From positions 64,001 to 128,000 of the forward strand of contig JAMOPO010000027.1 of NCBI GenBank assembly GCA_027064425.1: a stretch of 64,000 bases of DNA. The letters run 5' to 3'. A program made the position numbers and the translations under genes. The notes under the pieces are model-generated. The model did no database searches and had not been told where the DNA came from. It worked only from the letters and a program-made list of their open reading frames with translations. This DNA comes from Methanobacteriota archaeon. GTDB lineage: Archaea > JAADCQ01 > Methanopyri > Methanopyrales > Methanopyraceae. Below, one piece after another: positions 38,401-50,834 of the stretch. Positions within the stretch are counted from its first letter, which is position 1. Every line of letters starts with the position of its first letter.

Positions 38401-39306
38401 GTGGCGAGGACGCTCAGGTTCGGCGATATTAAGGTCCGGCCCCTGGGGTTCGAGAGCTTCGGAGTCAGATCCATGGCCACGCTGATTGAGACCCCCGACG
38501 TGACCGTGCTCGTGGACCCCGGCGTGTCCATACCCCCGAAGCGCTACGGCCTGCCCCCGGCCGACGAGGAGTGGGAGGCGCTGGAGGAGGTCCGGGAGGA
38601 GATACAGCGGGCGGCGGATCGGGCGGACGTGATCACGATCTCGCACTACCACTACGATCACCACACTCCCTTCCTGGAGCGGGAGTACGAGGCGTGCGAC
38701 GAGGAGACGGCCAAGGAGCTCTACTCGGATCGGCTGGTGCTCCTCAAGGACCCGGAGGAGAACATCAATCCGAACCAGATGCGGCGGGCGAAGGCGCTCA
38801 CGAGCCGGCTGGAGGAGGAGGGCGTCGAGTACGAGGTGGCCGACGAGCGCTCGTTCGAGTTCGGAGACACCCGACTCGAGTTCTCGCCCCCGTTCCCGCA
38901 CGGGCCAGAGGGGACCAGTCTGGGGTACGTGCTGTGCCTGCGCGTCCGGACGGAGAACGCGACGGTCCTGCACGCGTCGGACGTGCAGGGACCCGTCTAC
39001 AGGCCCGCCCTGGAGTGGATCGTCGAGGACCGGCCGGATCTTGTACTGATCAGTGGCCCTCCAACGTACCTCCTCGGCTTCCGGTTCTCCAAGGAGAACC
39101 TGGAGAAGGCCTCCGATCACCTCCTGGAGATGTCCGACCGGGTCGGTCAGGTGATCCTGGATCACCACCTACTCCGGGACAAGAAGTACCGGGACCGGCT
39201 CTCGGACGTGTACGAGTCGAGCAACGTGGTCACGGCCGCCGAGGCGGTCGGGGAGGAGGAGCGGCTGCTGGAGGCGCACCGCGACGAGCTGAGCGGGGAG
39301 GAATGA
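38395..39306 (+). CDS. Metallo-beta-lactamase fold hydrolase (UPF0282)
   Basis: ESFGVRSMA, DPGVS, ISHYHYDHH, PHG, SDVQGP, GPPTYL, DHHLLRD. Confidence 0.88.
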   Translation: MTVARTLRFGDIKVRPLGFESFGVRSMATLIETPDVTVLVDPGVSIPPKRYGLPPADEEWEALEEVREEIQRAADRADVITISHYHYDHHTPFLEREYEACDEETAKELYSDRLVLLKDPEENINPNQMRRAKALTSRLEEEGVEYEVADERSFEFGDTRLEFSPPFPHGPEGTSLGYVLCLRVRTENATVLHASDVQGPVYRPALEWIVEDRPDLVLISGPPTYLLGFRFSKENLEKASDHLLEMSDRVGQVILDHHLLRDKKYRDRLSDVYESSNVVTAAEAVGEEERLLEAHRDELSGEE

Positions 39307-39307
39307 G

Positions 39308-40192
39308 GTGCTTGAGCGCGTCGGTCGCGCGGTCTGGAAGTTCACGGCCATCGTCGGCTACATCGTGGTGAACCTGCCGTGGTTGATCGTTAAGGCGATT
39401 CGAGAGGGGCCGAAGAGGTCGGCGCAGATGGCGTCTCAGCTGGCCGACTCAGCCGAGCGGTCGATCGAGCTCTTCCACCGGCTGACCAGGACCGCGCAGG
39501 AGACGGTGGAGGCCGTCCGCGAGGGCAGGGTCCTTCTGCCCGAGCTCGAGGAGATCCCGTTCAAGGACATCGAGATCAGGGGTAAGAGGATCGCGGCCGC
39601 GCCGAGGATGCCGTGGGATATCCCGGCCCTGACCTTCCAGCTCTCTTTGCTCGCCACCGTTATCTTCGTGGTGCTGGAGGAGATCGTCGTGCCCCCGGTC
39701 TTCCTTTGGGAGTGGCTCTCCGTCCTCTCAACGTTCGTCGCTGCCTTCAGCCTGGGTTGGCTCCGGCGCGTTTCCCCGTTCGAGGAGCACTGGCAGCCGT
39801 ACCGGTACGCCGCTTTGATCATCCTGGGCTCCGTGATAATCTCCGCCGCGCTGACTAACCTGCCTCCACTGGTGGCGCTGATGTTGCCGCTGGAGCTGAC
39901 CCTGCCCGGTGTCGGAGCCTTCGGCATTCCGATCGCGGGCGTCGTTCTGGCGCTGGTGACGCTCCGGCGCAAGTTCACGCGCGACTGGACGCTCGGCGTC
40001 GTGCTCGAGAGGTCCGGTGAGAATCGAGTGGTGGTCATCGTCGGCAGCGACCTGGCCGCGAACACCCTGCCCGGGGAGTACGAGGTGGAGGGGGACGCCG
40101 AGCCGGGCACTCCGGTGATCGTGGAGGTGAGGAGGAGTAAATTCTCGCTGACGGGGGCCGTGCCGACTAGGATCATTAAGGAGGGGTGGTGA
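39308..40192 (+). CDS. Membrane protein (DUF2101-like)
   Basis: TM cluster followed by FTRDWTLGVV..DLAANTLPGEY..PTRII. Confidence 0.65.
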   Translation: MLERVGRAVWKFTAIVGYIVVNLPWLIVKAIREGPKRSAQMASQLADSAERSIELFHRLTRTAQETVEAVREGRVLLPELEEIPFKDIEIRGKRIAAAPRMPWDIPALTFQLSLLATVIFVVLEEIVVPPVFLWEWLSVLSTFVAAFSLGWLRRVSPFEEHWQPYRYAALIILGSVIISAALTNLPPLVALMLPLELTLPGVGAFGIPIAGVVLALVTLRRKFTRDWTLGVVLERSGENRVVVIVGSDLAANTLPGEYEVEGDAEPGTPVIVEVRRSKFSLTGAVPTRIIKEGW

Positions 40193-40260
40193 CCCCTCGG
40201 CCAGCCATCCTCTCGTCACGGGGCCCGCCCGCTCGGCTAACAGCTCAGTCGTCATCGGGG
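40193..40260 (-). ncRNA. C/D box sRNA candidate targeting the 23S L11/GTPase-associated region
   Basis: CCCC-G-C ATGACGA (40255-49), guide CTGAGCTGTTAG, D' CCGA, C' GTGACGA (40219-13), guide GAGGATGGCTGG, D CCGA (40200-197)-GGGG; guides complementary to UAACAGCUCA and CAGCCAUCCU. Confidence 0.85.
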
Positions 40261-40268
40261 GATCCGCG

Positions 40269-40952
40269 GTGACGAGGCGCGACCGGCTGGAAGAACTTTT
40301 TCGCCGGGCGGTCGCCTCGGGGCGCGGCCGGCTCAGGGTCCCGAGGGACCTGGATGAGGTCAAGCTGGACGTGGACGCCGTCCGGGACATCGTGCACGCG
40401 GCGCTGGAGCTGGACCACTACCTGACGCGCTCGGCCCCGGATCACGTGGTGAAGGGGCGCGAGGCTAGGCGGGTGGCCAAGCTCCTGAACGATATCCTCT
40501 CGGGTGTGGAGCGGATCGCCGGGCTGGAGGCCGAGGAAGAGGTCAGCGAGGAGCGGGTCCGCGAGGAGTTTCGGGACGCCGTGTTCATCGTGGTGAGGGG
40601 TAGGGAGCGGAAGATCCTGCGCGACCTCGTGGAGCGGCCGGTGGTGCAGACGGGTGGCCCGCTGATTCCCGAGGACTATCGGAAGGTGAACCCGAACCTG
40701 CCCGAGGAGCTGCCCGAGGGGATCATTAAAACGGTGAGGCGGGCCCGGCGAGAGGTCCGAGAGAGCGTGGAGAAGTCCGGCGCGGAGCGGCTGGTGCTGG
40801 TGCGGGAGCGAGGGGACAAGGTGGGTAAGATCCTGGAGGAGGAGCTGCCCGAGATCGCGGAAGAGCTGGGCGTCAAGCACGAGGTGATCGTGGTGGAAGA
40901 CTTCTCGGAGCTGAGTCCCGCGGAGCTCCTGTCGGGGTCCGCTCGGTCTTGA
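40269..40952 (+). CDS. Conserved methanogen hypothetical protein (DUF2100-like)
   Basis: SAPDH, TGGPLIPEDYRKVNPNLPE motif. Confidence 0.65.
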   Translation: MTRRDRLEELFRRAVASGRGRLRVPRDLDEVKLDVDAVRDIVHAALELDHYLTRSAPDHVVKGREARRVAKLLNDILSGVERIAGLEAEEEVSEERVREEFRDAVFIVVRGRERKILRDLVERPVVQTGGPLIPEDYRKVNPNLPEELPEGIIKTVRRARREVRESVEKSGAERLVLVRERGDKVGKILEEELPEIAEELGVKHEVIVVEDFSELSPAELLSGSARS

Positions 40953-42187
40953 CCGAGACCGTTGAGACCCCCTCCGGGGAGCGCCCCAAGATTCCGGCGA
41001 AGGCCCGGGTGACGTTCTCCCGGACGATGCCGGCCGCCCTGCCCGAAACCGTGGAGCACACGGTACAGCTGTACAAGGCCGAGCTGGAGCACGTGGCCGA
41101 GGAGGAGGTGGGGCTGCGGATCGAGGAGAAGAAGGATGGGACGAACGTGCGCGTGGTCCTGGGGAAGGCGCTCGAGGACGTGGTGGGCGAGCCCATCATC
41201 GCGCACACGCGGAGCTGGGTTCGGGTGGAGGAGGTGGAGAAGTTCGTCGAGTCCGTGATCGATCCCTCCGAGCACTTCCTGACCGTGATCGAGGGGGAGT
41301 TCCTGCCGCTTTCCGCCTTCGGGACGTCGGTCTTCCAGCTGTGGGAGGAGACCCTGGACCACATTGATTACCACGTGCGGCTCATGTCCAAGTACACCCT
41401 GAACCCGCGGAGGAAGCGCGTCCCACGCTCGTGGATCGGGAAGCTCTTCGACCGGCTCTCCAAGCTGAGGAAGCACGTGCGGACGCTGGAGGCCGTGCAG
41501 CGCAGGCTTCCGGACGTGAAGCTGGCGGAGGACGACGAGTTTCAGCGGCTGAGGGACGAGATCGAGCGGCTGACGTCGATCGCCGTCGAGAAGGACTACG
41601 TGCCGGACGACGCGGTGGAGATGCTGAAGGAGGTGCTGAGGCGGATGGATGAGCTGGACGCGTACGAGCCGGAGGAGTCTGAGCCCGTATACTACGTCTT
41701 TGCGGTTGACCTGTTCGACGGCGAGGTGACGGTCCGGGAGCCCAAGACCCGGCAGTACGAGCTCCTCTCGGACTTCGTGGACGGGGAGAACATCAAGCCG
41801 GTCCCGACCACGCTGTGCGATCTGGGCGAGGCGGAGTCCGTGGCCCGGGAGATGATGGAAAGGGTGGAGGAGAACCGGCTGGAAGGCCTCGTGATCAAGC
41901 CGGAGCGGGAGGTCCCGGGCGTCCCGCACGCTCGTAAGGTGCGGGCGGAGTGGTACCTCCGCGGGATGAAGCTCACCTCCAGGCTGAACCTGGACGGGTT
42001 CACGGGCGCCGCCGAGCGGGCCGCAAGGAACGAGACCCGTCGCGCCCTGGCCGCCATCGAGACGGCCTACCTGTACCGGGCGCTGAGGGCGCTCTCCGAG
42101 GGTGACCTGGAGCGGGCCGCGCGCATCGTCTCGGAGGCCGAGAGAACCGTTGAAAGTATGTCGGAGTGGGACGACCCGACGGTTTGA
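40949..42187 (+). CDS. Putative ATP-dependent RNA ligase-like nucleotidyltransferase with helical insertion
   Basis: Motif I EEKKDGTNV, Ia HTRS, III IEGEF, IIIa FAVDL, IV EGLVIK, V RKVR. Confidence 0.7.
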   Translation: MTETVETPSGERPKIPAKARVTFSRTMPAALPETVEHTVQLYKAELEHVAEEEVGLRIEEKKDGTNVRVVLGKALEDVVGEPIIAHTRSWVRVEEVEKFVESVIDPSEHFLTVIEGEFLPLSAFGTSVFQLWEETLDHIDYHVRLMSKYTLNPRRKRVPRSWIGKLFDRLSKLRKHVRTLEAVQRRLPDVKLAEDDEFQRLRDEIERLTSIAVEKDYVPDDAVEMLKEVLRRMDELDAYEPEESEPVYYVFAVDLFDGEVTVREPKTRQYELLSDFVDGENIKPVPTTLCDLGEAESVAREMMERVEENRLEGLVIKPEREVPGVPHARKVRAEWYLRGMKLTSRLNLDGFTGAAERAARNETRRALAAIETAYLYRALRALSEGDLERAARIVSEAERTVESMSEWDDPTV

Positions 42188-42210
42188 CCGGTCGGGAGGG
42201 GGTGAGGAGA

Positions 42211-42384
42211 ATGGGCAAGAAGGTCCGTGAGGAGCGGGCCGAGCTGCCGCCCGTCCGGGCCGGTATCCTGAGCTTCTGGGACGAGGAGGCGCCCGGCCTG
42301 AGGGTCGATCCAGACCACGTGATCTACGCCTGCTTCATTATCGCCGCGATCCTGGCCATTCTCCACGTGATGATGGTGGTGTAA
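42211..42384 (+). CDS. secG: Preprotein translocase subunit Sec61-beta
   Basis: AGILSFWDEE..GLRVDPDHVI plus TM; ATG 42211 with GGTGAGG RBS. Confidence 0.9.
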   Translation: MGKKVREERAELPPVRAGILSFWDEEAPGLRVDPDHVIYACFIIAAILAILHVMMVV

Positions 42385-42391
42385 GGACCTC

Positions 42392-43047
42392 ATGGCCATT
42401 CACAGCTACGTCCCCGAGGACCCGCTGGAGGAGACGGAGCTGCCGGAGATCGTCTTCGTTGGGCGCTCCAACGTCGGCAAGTCCAGCCTGATCAAGGCCA
42501 TCACCAGGGGCGGCGCCGACGTCAGGGTCGGCAAGCGGCCCGGTGTGACCCGGTGGCCGGTTTTTCACGAGCTGGACGGCGAGCTCGTGCTCGTTGACAT
42601 GCCCGGGTTCGGGTTCATGAGCGGCGTCCCCAGGAGGCACCAAGAGCGCGTCAAGGATCTGATCGTGGAGTACCTGGAGACCAAGGACAACATCCTCTTC
42701 GCCGTCCACGTGGTCGACGCCAAGGCGCTGCCGGAGATCGCTGAGCGGTGGGAGAAGCGTGGCGAGATTCCCATCGATCGGGAGATGTTTCAGTTCCTCA
42801 ACGAGCAGGGCCTGGACCCGATCGTAGCGGCCAACAAGATCGACAAGATCAAGCCCGTCGAGTTCGAGGAGCACATGGACGCGGTCGTCGAGGCGCTCGG
42901 CCTGTTCCCGCCGTGGAGGCAGTGGCTGGACACCGTCTTTCCCGTCTCGGCGAAGACGGGAGAGGGGCTCGTGGAGTTCCTGGAGGCGATGCAGGAGAAG
43001 GTGAAGAAAGCCGGGCACCCGGAGTTCGCTCGGTTCTTCCGGACGCG

Positions 43048-43051
<4 letters not shown>
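42392..43051 (+). CDS. engB: GTP-binding protein EngB/YihA
   Basis: GRSNVGKSS, PGVT, DMPGFG, NKIDK, VSAKTG. Confidence 0.93.
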
Positions 43052-46469
<3,418 letters not shown>

Positions 46470-46471
46470 GA

Positions 46472-47164
46472 CTACACCTCCCGGAGCAGCTCCCGGAGGA
46501 ACTCGGCGACTCCCTCCCCGTCGTCGGCGTCCAGGACGACGTCGGCCGCCTTCTTAGCCTTCCGGCTGGCGTTCGCGGGCGCGACACCCAGCCCCGCCTC
46601 GCGGAGCATCGGCGCGTCGTTGTCCCCGTCACCCAGCGCTACCACGTCGTCCGGATCCACGTCCAGAAGCTCGCACGCCCGGAGCAGTCCCTTGCCCTTG
46701 TCCACCCCGCGGAGCTTCAGATGGTACGCGAAGCCCGTGTCCACGACCTCCACCTCCTCGTCGTAACCGTACTCCCGAAGGACCTCGCGGACGCGCTCCA
46801 CGGGGACGTCCCGGTAGATGGCGACCTCGGTGTGCCGGAGGCCGGGCGGTTCGGTCCGCCGCACCCCCAGCTCCTCGCGGAGCGTCTCGTACGCCTCGCG
46901 AACAACGCTCACCCGGTCCTCGTCCGCGAGGACCTCCTTGCGACCGTCCACCTCGATGACGCCGCCGTTCTCCGCGATGAGCGGTCCTTCCAGGCCCAGG
47001 AGGGTGGCGGCCGACCGGGTGTAGTACAGGGTGTTCCCCGTCGCGATGCCGACGGGGATTCCGCGCCGCTGGAGGGCCCGGAGGTACCTCACCGATTTTA
47101 GGTGGACGGAGCGGTCCCCTCCCGTGATCGTCCCGTCCAGGTCCGTGACCACCAACGAGACCAA
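46472..47164 (-). CDS. Phosphoglycolate phosphatase (HAD IIB)
   Basis: TDLDGTIT, ATGN, IAENGG, VDKGKG, GDGDND; TTG 47164. Confidence 0.9.
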   Translation of the reverse strand: MVSLVVTDLDGTITGGDRSVHLKSVRYLRALQRRGIPVGIATGNTLYYTRSAATLLGLEGPLIAENGGVIEVDGRKEVLADEDRVSVVREAYETLREELGVRRTEPPGLRHTEVAIYRDVPVERVREVLREYGYDEEVEVVDTGFAYHLKLRGVDKGKGLLRACELLDVDPDDVVALGDGDNDAPMLREAGLGVAPANASRKAKKAADVVLDADDGEGVAEFLRELLREV

Positions 47165-47177
47165 GGGGTAGCCCCCG

Positions 47178-47873
47178 ATGGCGCGGCTGTGCTTCGTGCT
47201 GGCCGAGTCGGAGCTGGAGCTGATCCCGCCGAAGCTTCGGAGCCACCCGCACGTTACCCGGTGGGCCAAGCGGCGTGGTAAGAAGCCCGGGGAGTGCCTG
47301 CTGATCGCGAGCAAGCATCACGTGGCGATGGAGGACAAGCGGCTGCCGGAGCGGGATCGGCGGGGTCGGCCGGACATCGTCCACGTGACGCTGCTCCACG
47401 TGCTCGACTCGCCGGCCTCGCGGGAGAACCTGATCGACGTCTACGTGCACACGCGGCACGACCAGGTGATCTGGTTCCGGAGCGACGTGCGGCTCCCGCG
47501 GGATCAGTACCGGTTCATCGGGTTGATGGAGCAGGTGCTCAAGGAGGGGCAGGCGCCGCCGGACTCCGACGAGCCGCTGATCGAGGTGCTCGACGTGGAC
47601 ATTTGGAAGATCCTGGACTCCAACGACGTGAACGTGCTGTTCTCCGAGAAGGGCGACCGGATCGAGCCGGTGGGGTACATCGCGGGCATCCTGGACGCCG
47701 GGGTGGACCGGGTGGGCGTGATCGTCGGCGGGTTCCCCAAGGGCGACTTCTCGGAGGAGTTCTACGACCGGGCGGACGACGTGGTGCGGCTCTACGACGA
47801 GCCGCTGGACACGTGGACGGTGGCGGCGCGCATCGTGACGGCGTTCGAGCTGGCGGCCGGAGTGCTCGGCTGA
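47178..47873 (+). CDS. nep1: 16S rRNA pseudouridine N1-methyltransferase (SPOUT)
   Basis: LAESELE, RGRPDIVH..LDSP, RLPR..RFIGLMEQ, GGFPKGDF. Confidence 0.93.
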   Translation: MARLCFVLAESELELIPPKLRSHPHVTRWAKRRGKKPGECLLIASKHHVAMEDKRLPERDRRGRPDIVHVTLLHVLDSPASRENLIDVYVHTRHDQVIWFRSDVRLPRDQYRFIGLMEQVLKEGQAPPDSDEPLIEVLDVDIWKILDSNDVNVLFSEKGDRIEPVGYIAGILDAGVDRVGVIVGGFPKGDFSEEFYDRADDVVRLYDEPLDTWTVAARIVTAFELAAGVLG

Positions 47874-48122
47874 TCACTCCTTCACCTTGATGTTCTCGAT
47901 CATCTCCTTGGGTATCTCCACCTCATCGTTCTCCTCAATCTCGCCCTGGGATATCATCTGGGCGAGCCAGGTGTTGATCGCCGTGCAGATGTGGATGGGC
48001 TCAACGCCGGCCTCGAGCGACTTCTCCGCGATCGCCTCGGCGATCTCCTCCTTGTTTTTAATCTTGATATTGTACGTCCGCTCCATGATCGTCAGGTGCG
48101 CCAGGGCCTCAGACTTCGACAA
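47874..48122 (-). CDS. Small acidic hypothetical protein
   Basis: Protein-like composition (MERTYNIKIKNKEEIAE..); TTG 48122 after GGGGGA, or ATG 48086. Confidence 0.6.
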   Translation of the reverse strand: MSKSEALAHLTIMERTYNIKIKNKEEIAEAIAEKSLEAGVEPIHICTAINTWLAQMISQGEIEENDEVEIPKEMIENIKVKE

Positions 48123-48167
48123 CCCGGCGCTTCCCCCAGCGGGCATCTGGCGTTCGGGGGCACCTGC

Positions 48168-49391
48168 ATGGAGGATTTTGTTTGCATCGGTCTCACGCAC
48201 AAGGAGGCGAAGGTCGAGCGGCTCGAGCGGGCCCGGCTGGAGGGACCCGAGGCTCTACCCGAGGTGAAGGAGGCCTTCGATCTCTCCGGGTGCGCCCTGC
48301 TGCAGACGTGTAACCGGGTGGAGCTGTACGCGTCCGGGGTCGAGGAGGGGAAGGTGGACCGGCTGCGAGAGCTGATCGACGAGGACGCCTGGGTGAAGCG
48401 CGGCCTGGAGGCCGTGGAGCACCTGTTCCGGGTGGCCTGCGGGCTGGAGTCGATGATGGTGGGGGAGCAGGAGATCCTGCGGCAGGTGAAGGAGGCGTAC
48501 GAGACCGCGGCCGAGCTGGGCACGCTGGACGACCGGCTGAAGCTCGTGTTCCGGAAGGCGATCTCGGTCGGGAAGCGGGCCCGGGAGGAGACGAGGATCA
48601 GCGAGGGTGCGGTGTCCATCGGGTCGGCCGCGGTGGAGCTCGCGGAGCGGGAGCTGGGGGGCCTAGAGGGGAAGACCGTCCTGGTGGTGGGCGCCGGTGA
48701 GATGGGTCAGACCGTGGCCAAGGCGCTCGTGGACCGAGGCGTGGACGCCGTGCTGGTGGCCAACCGGACGTACGAGCGGGCCGTCGAGCTGGCCGAAGAG
48801 CTGGGCGGGGAGGCCGTCCGGTTCGATCGGTTGGAGGAGTACCTGGCCGTCGCGGACGTGGTCGTCTCCGCCACGGCCGCCCCTCACCCCGTGATCACGG
48901 CCGATCACGTGAAGCGCGCCCTGAGGGATCGCGGGGATCGACCGCTGCTCATCATCGACATCGCGAACCCGAGGGATGTGGAGGAGGAGGTGGAGCGGCT
49001 CGAGGGCGTGGAGGTGCGGACGATCGATGACCTGCGCGAGATCGCCCGGGAGAACCTGGAGCGGCGCCGCTCCGAGATCCCGAAGGTGGAGCGGATCATC
49101 CGGGAGGAGCTGAAGTCCCTGTCCGCCGAGCTGGAGCGGCTGGAGCGCCGCCGGTCGGTGGCCAAGGTGGCCCGGTCGCTTAACGAGCTGAAGGAGCGGG
49201 AGCTGGAGCGGGCGCTGCGGCGGCTGGAGAGCTCGGACCCGGAGCGGGTGTTGAGGGACTTCGCGGAGGCGTACACCAAGCGGCTGATCAGCGCGGTCTC
49301 CTCCACGGTCCACCGGCTGCCGGGGGAGGACCGAGAGAAACTTTGCGAGGAGCTGGCGAGGGCCGTCCGGGAGCTGGCGAATCGGGGGTGA
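48168..49391 (+). CDS. hemA: Glutamyl-tRNA reductase
   Basis: ATG 48168; LQTCNRVE, GLESMMVGEQEIL, VGAGEMG, ANRT, DIANPRDV; similar to M. kandleri GluTR. Confidence 0.97.
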   Translation: MEDFVCIGLTHKEAKVERLERARLEGPEALPEVKEAFDLSGCALLQTCNRVELYASGVEEGKVDRLRELIDEDAWVKRGLEAVEHLFRVACGLESMMVGEQEILRQVKEAYETAAELGTLDDRLKLVFRKAISVGKRAREETRISEGAVSIGSAAVELAERELGGLEGKTVLVVGAGEMGQTVAKALVDRGVDAVLVANRTYERAVELAEELGGEAVRFDRLEEYLAVADVVVSATAAPHPVITADHVKRALRDRGDRPLLIIDIANPRDVEEEVERLEGVEVRTIDDLREIARENLERRRSEIPKVERIIREELKSLSAELERLERRRSVAKVARSLNELKERELERALRRLESSDPERVLRDFAEAYTKRLISAVSSTVHRLPGEDREKLCEELARAVRELANRG

Positions 49392-49395
49392 GCGC

Positions 49396-50376
49396 GTGGC
49401 CGAGTACCCGCTGGTGCGGATGAGGAGGTACCGGAAGTCCGAGGCCGTCCGGGACCTCGTCGCGGAGACCGACCTGAGTCCGGACGACCTGATTTACCCG
49501 ATCTTCGTCCGGGAGGACGGCAAGACGGGCGAGATCCGGTCGATGCCGGGCCAGCGGTACCACTCCGTTGAGACCGCGGTCGAGCTCGTGGGCGAGCTGC
49601 TGGACAAGGGGCTCCGGGCGTTCATCCTCTTCGGGATCCCGCGGGAGAAGGACCCGGAGGGGCGCGTCGCGGCGGACCCGGACGGGGTCGTGCAGCGGAC
49701 GGTCCGGGCGCTGAAGGACGAGTACGGGGACGAGGTCGTGGTCATCACGGACGTGTGCCTGTGCCAGTACACGACGCACGGGCACTGCGGGGTGGTGGAC
49801 GAGGACACGGGCCGGATCCTGAACGACCCGACCGTGGAGCGGTTGACGGAGGTGGCCCTGTCCCACGCGGAGGCGGGGGCGGACGTGGTCGCTCCGTCGG
49901 ACATGATGGACGGGCGGGTGAAGGCGATCCGGGAGGCGCTGGAGAGTGAGGGGTTCGAGGACGTGCTGATCATGGCGTACTCGGCCAAGTACCACAGCGC
50001 GTTCTACGGCCCGTTCCGGGACGCGGCCGAGTCGGCGCCCAAGTTCGGCGACCGGAGCACGTACCAGATGGACCCGCGGTGCCTGCGGCAGGCGCTCCGA
50101 GAGCTGGAGCTGGACGTGAAGGAGGGCGCGGACATCCTGATGGTCAAGCCCGCGATGCCGTACCTGGACGTGGTCCGGGAGGCGCGCCGGCGGTTCGACC
50201 TGCCCATCGCCGCCTACCAGGTCAGCGGTGAGTACGCGATGATCAAGGCCGCGGCCGAGCAGGGGTACGTGGAGTACAAGGACGCCGTTCTCGAGTCGCT
50301 CGTGTGCATCAAGCGGGCCGGCGCCGACCTGATCCTGACCTACTTCGCCCCGGAGGTGGTGGAGTGGCTGGAATAA
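49396..50376 (+). CDS. hemB: Porphobilinogen synthase (Zn-type)
   Basis: DVCLCQYTTHGHCG, APSDMMDGR, FYGPFRDA, MVKP, YQVSGEY. Confidence 0.97.
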   Translation: MAEYPLVRMRRYRKSEAVRDLVAETDLSPDDLIYPIFVREDGKTGEIRSMPGQRYHSVETAVELVGELLDKGLRAFILFGIPREKDPEGRVAADPDGVVQRTVRALKDEYGDEVVVITDVCLCQYTTHGHCGVVDEDTGRILNDPTVERLTEVALSHAEAGADVVAPSDMMDGRVKAIREALESEGFEDVLIMAYSAKYHSAFYGPFRDAAESAPKFGDRSTYQMDPRCLRQALRELELDVKEGADILMVKPAMPYLDVVREARRRFDLPIAAYQVSGEYAMIKAAAEQGYVEYKDAVLESLVCIKRAGADLILTYFAPEVVEWLE

Positions 50377-50834
50377 TCGAGGCGCTCAAGCGGCTGGACG
50401 AGAGGGTGATAGAGCGCGTACCGCGGCGGCCTCGTCCCTGGGCGGAGGCGGTGAGCTTCGCGCTCAGCGGCTGGACGCTCTTCCCCACCGCTCTCCTCAT
50501 CTGCCTGCTCGTGAGCCACCGGATCGGGCTGAAGATGCTCGAGGCCCTCGTCCTTTCCATGGCGGCCAGCGAGGTGATCAAGCTGCTCGTGGGGAGGAAG
50601 CGGCCGGAGCGGCCCGGCCGGAAGCCCTGGGGGTACTCGTTCCCCAGCACCCACACGGCCCGTATGGCCTCGCTGATCCCCGTGGCCTTCGACGTCTCCC
50701 CGGGCGTTGGGCTGGCGGTCACCGGGCTCGCGGTCCTCGTCGGCGTCGCCCGCATCGCCTCGCGGGCGCACTACCCATCGGACGTGCTCGCCGGGTTCCT
50801 GCTCGGCTGCCTGATGGGGTGCCTGGTGGCATGA
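50364..50834 (+). CDS. PAP2-family membrane phosphatase
   Basis: KLLVGRKRP, SFPSTH, ARIASRAHYPSDV. Confidence 0.88.
   Translation: MAGIIEALKRLDERVIERVPRRPRPWAEAVSFALSGWTLFPTALLICLLVSHRIGLKMLEALVLSMAASEVIKLLVGRKRPERPGRKPWGYSFPSTHTARMASLIPVAFDVSPGVGLAVTGLAVLVGVARIASRAHYPSDVLAGFLLGCLMGCLVA

Noticed and set aside
49420-49442. ATGAGGA-12 nt-CCGA inside the hemB 5' end
   Set aside because: Only half a C/D unit, within conserved coding sequence (MRRYRKS)
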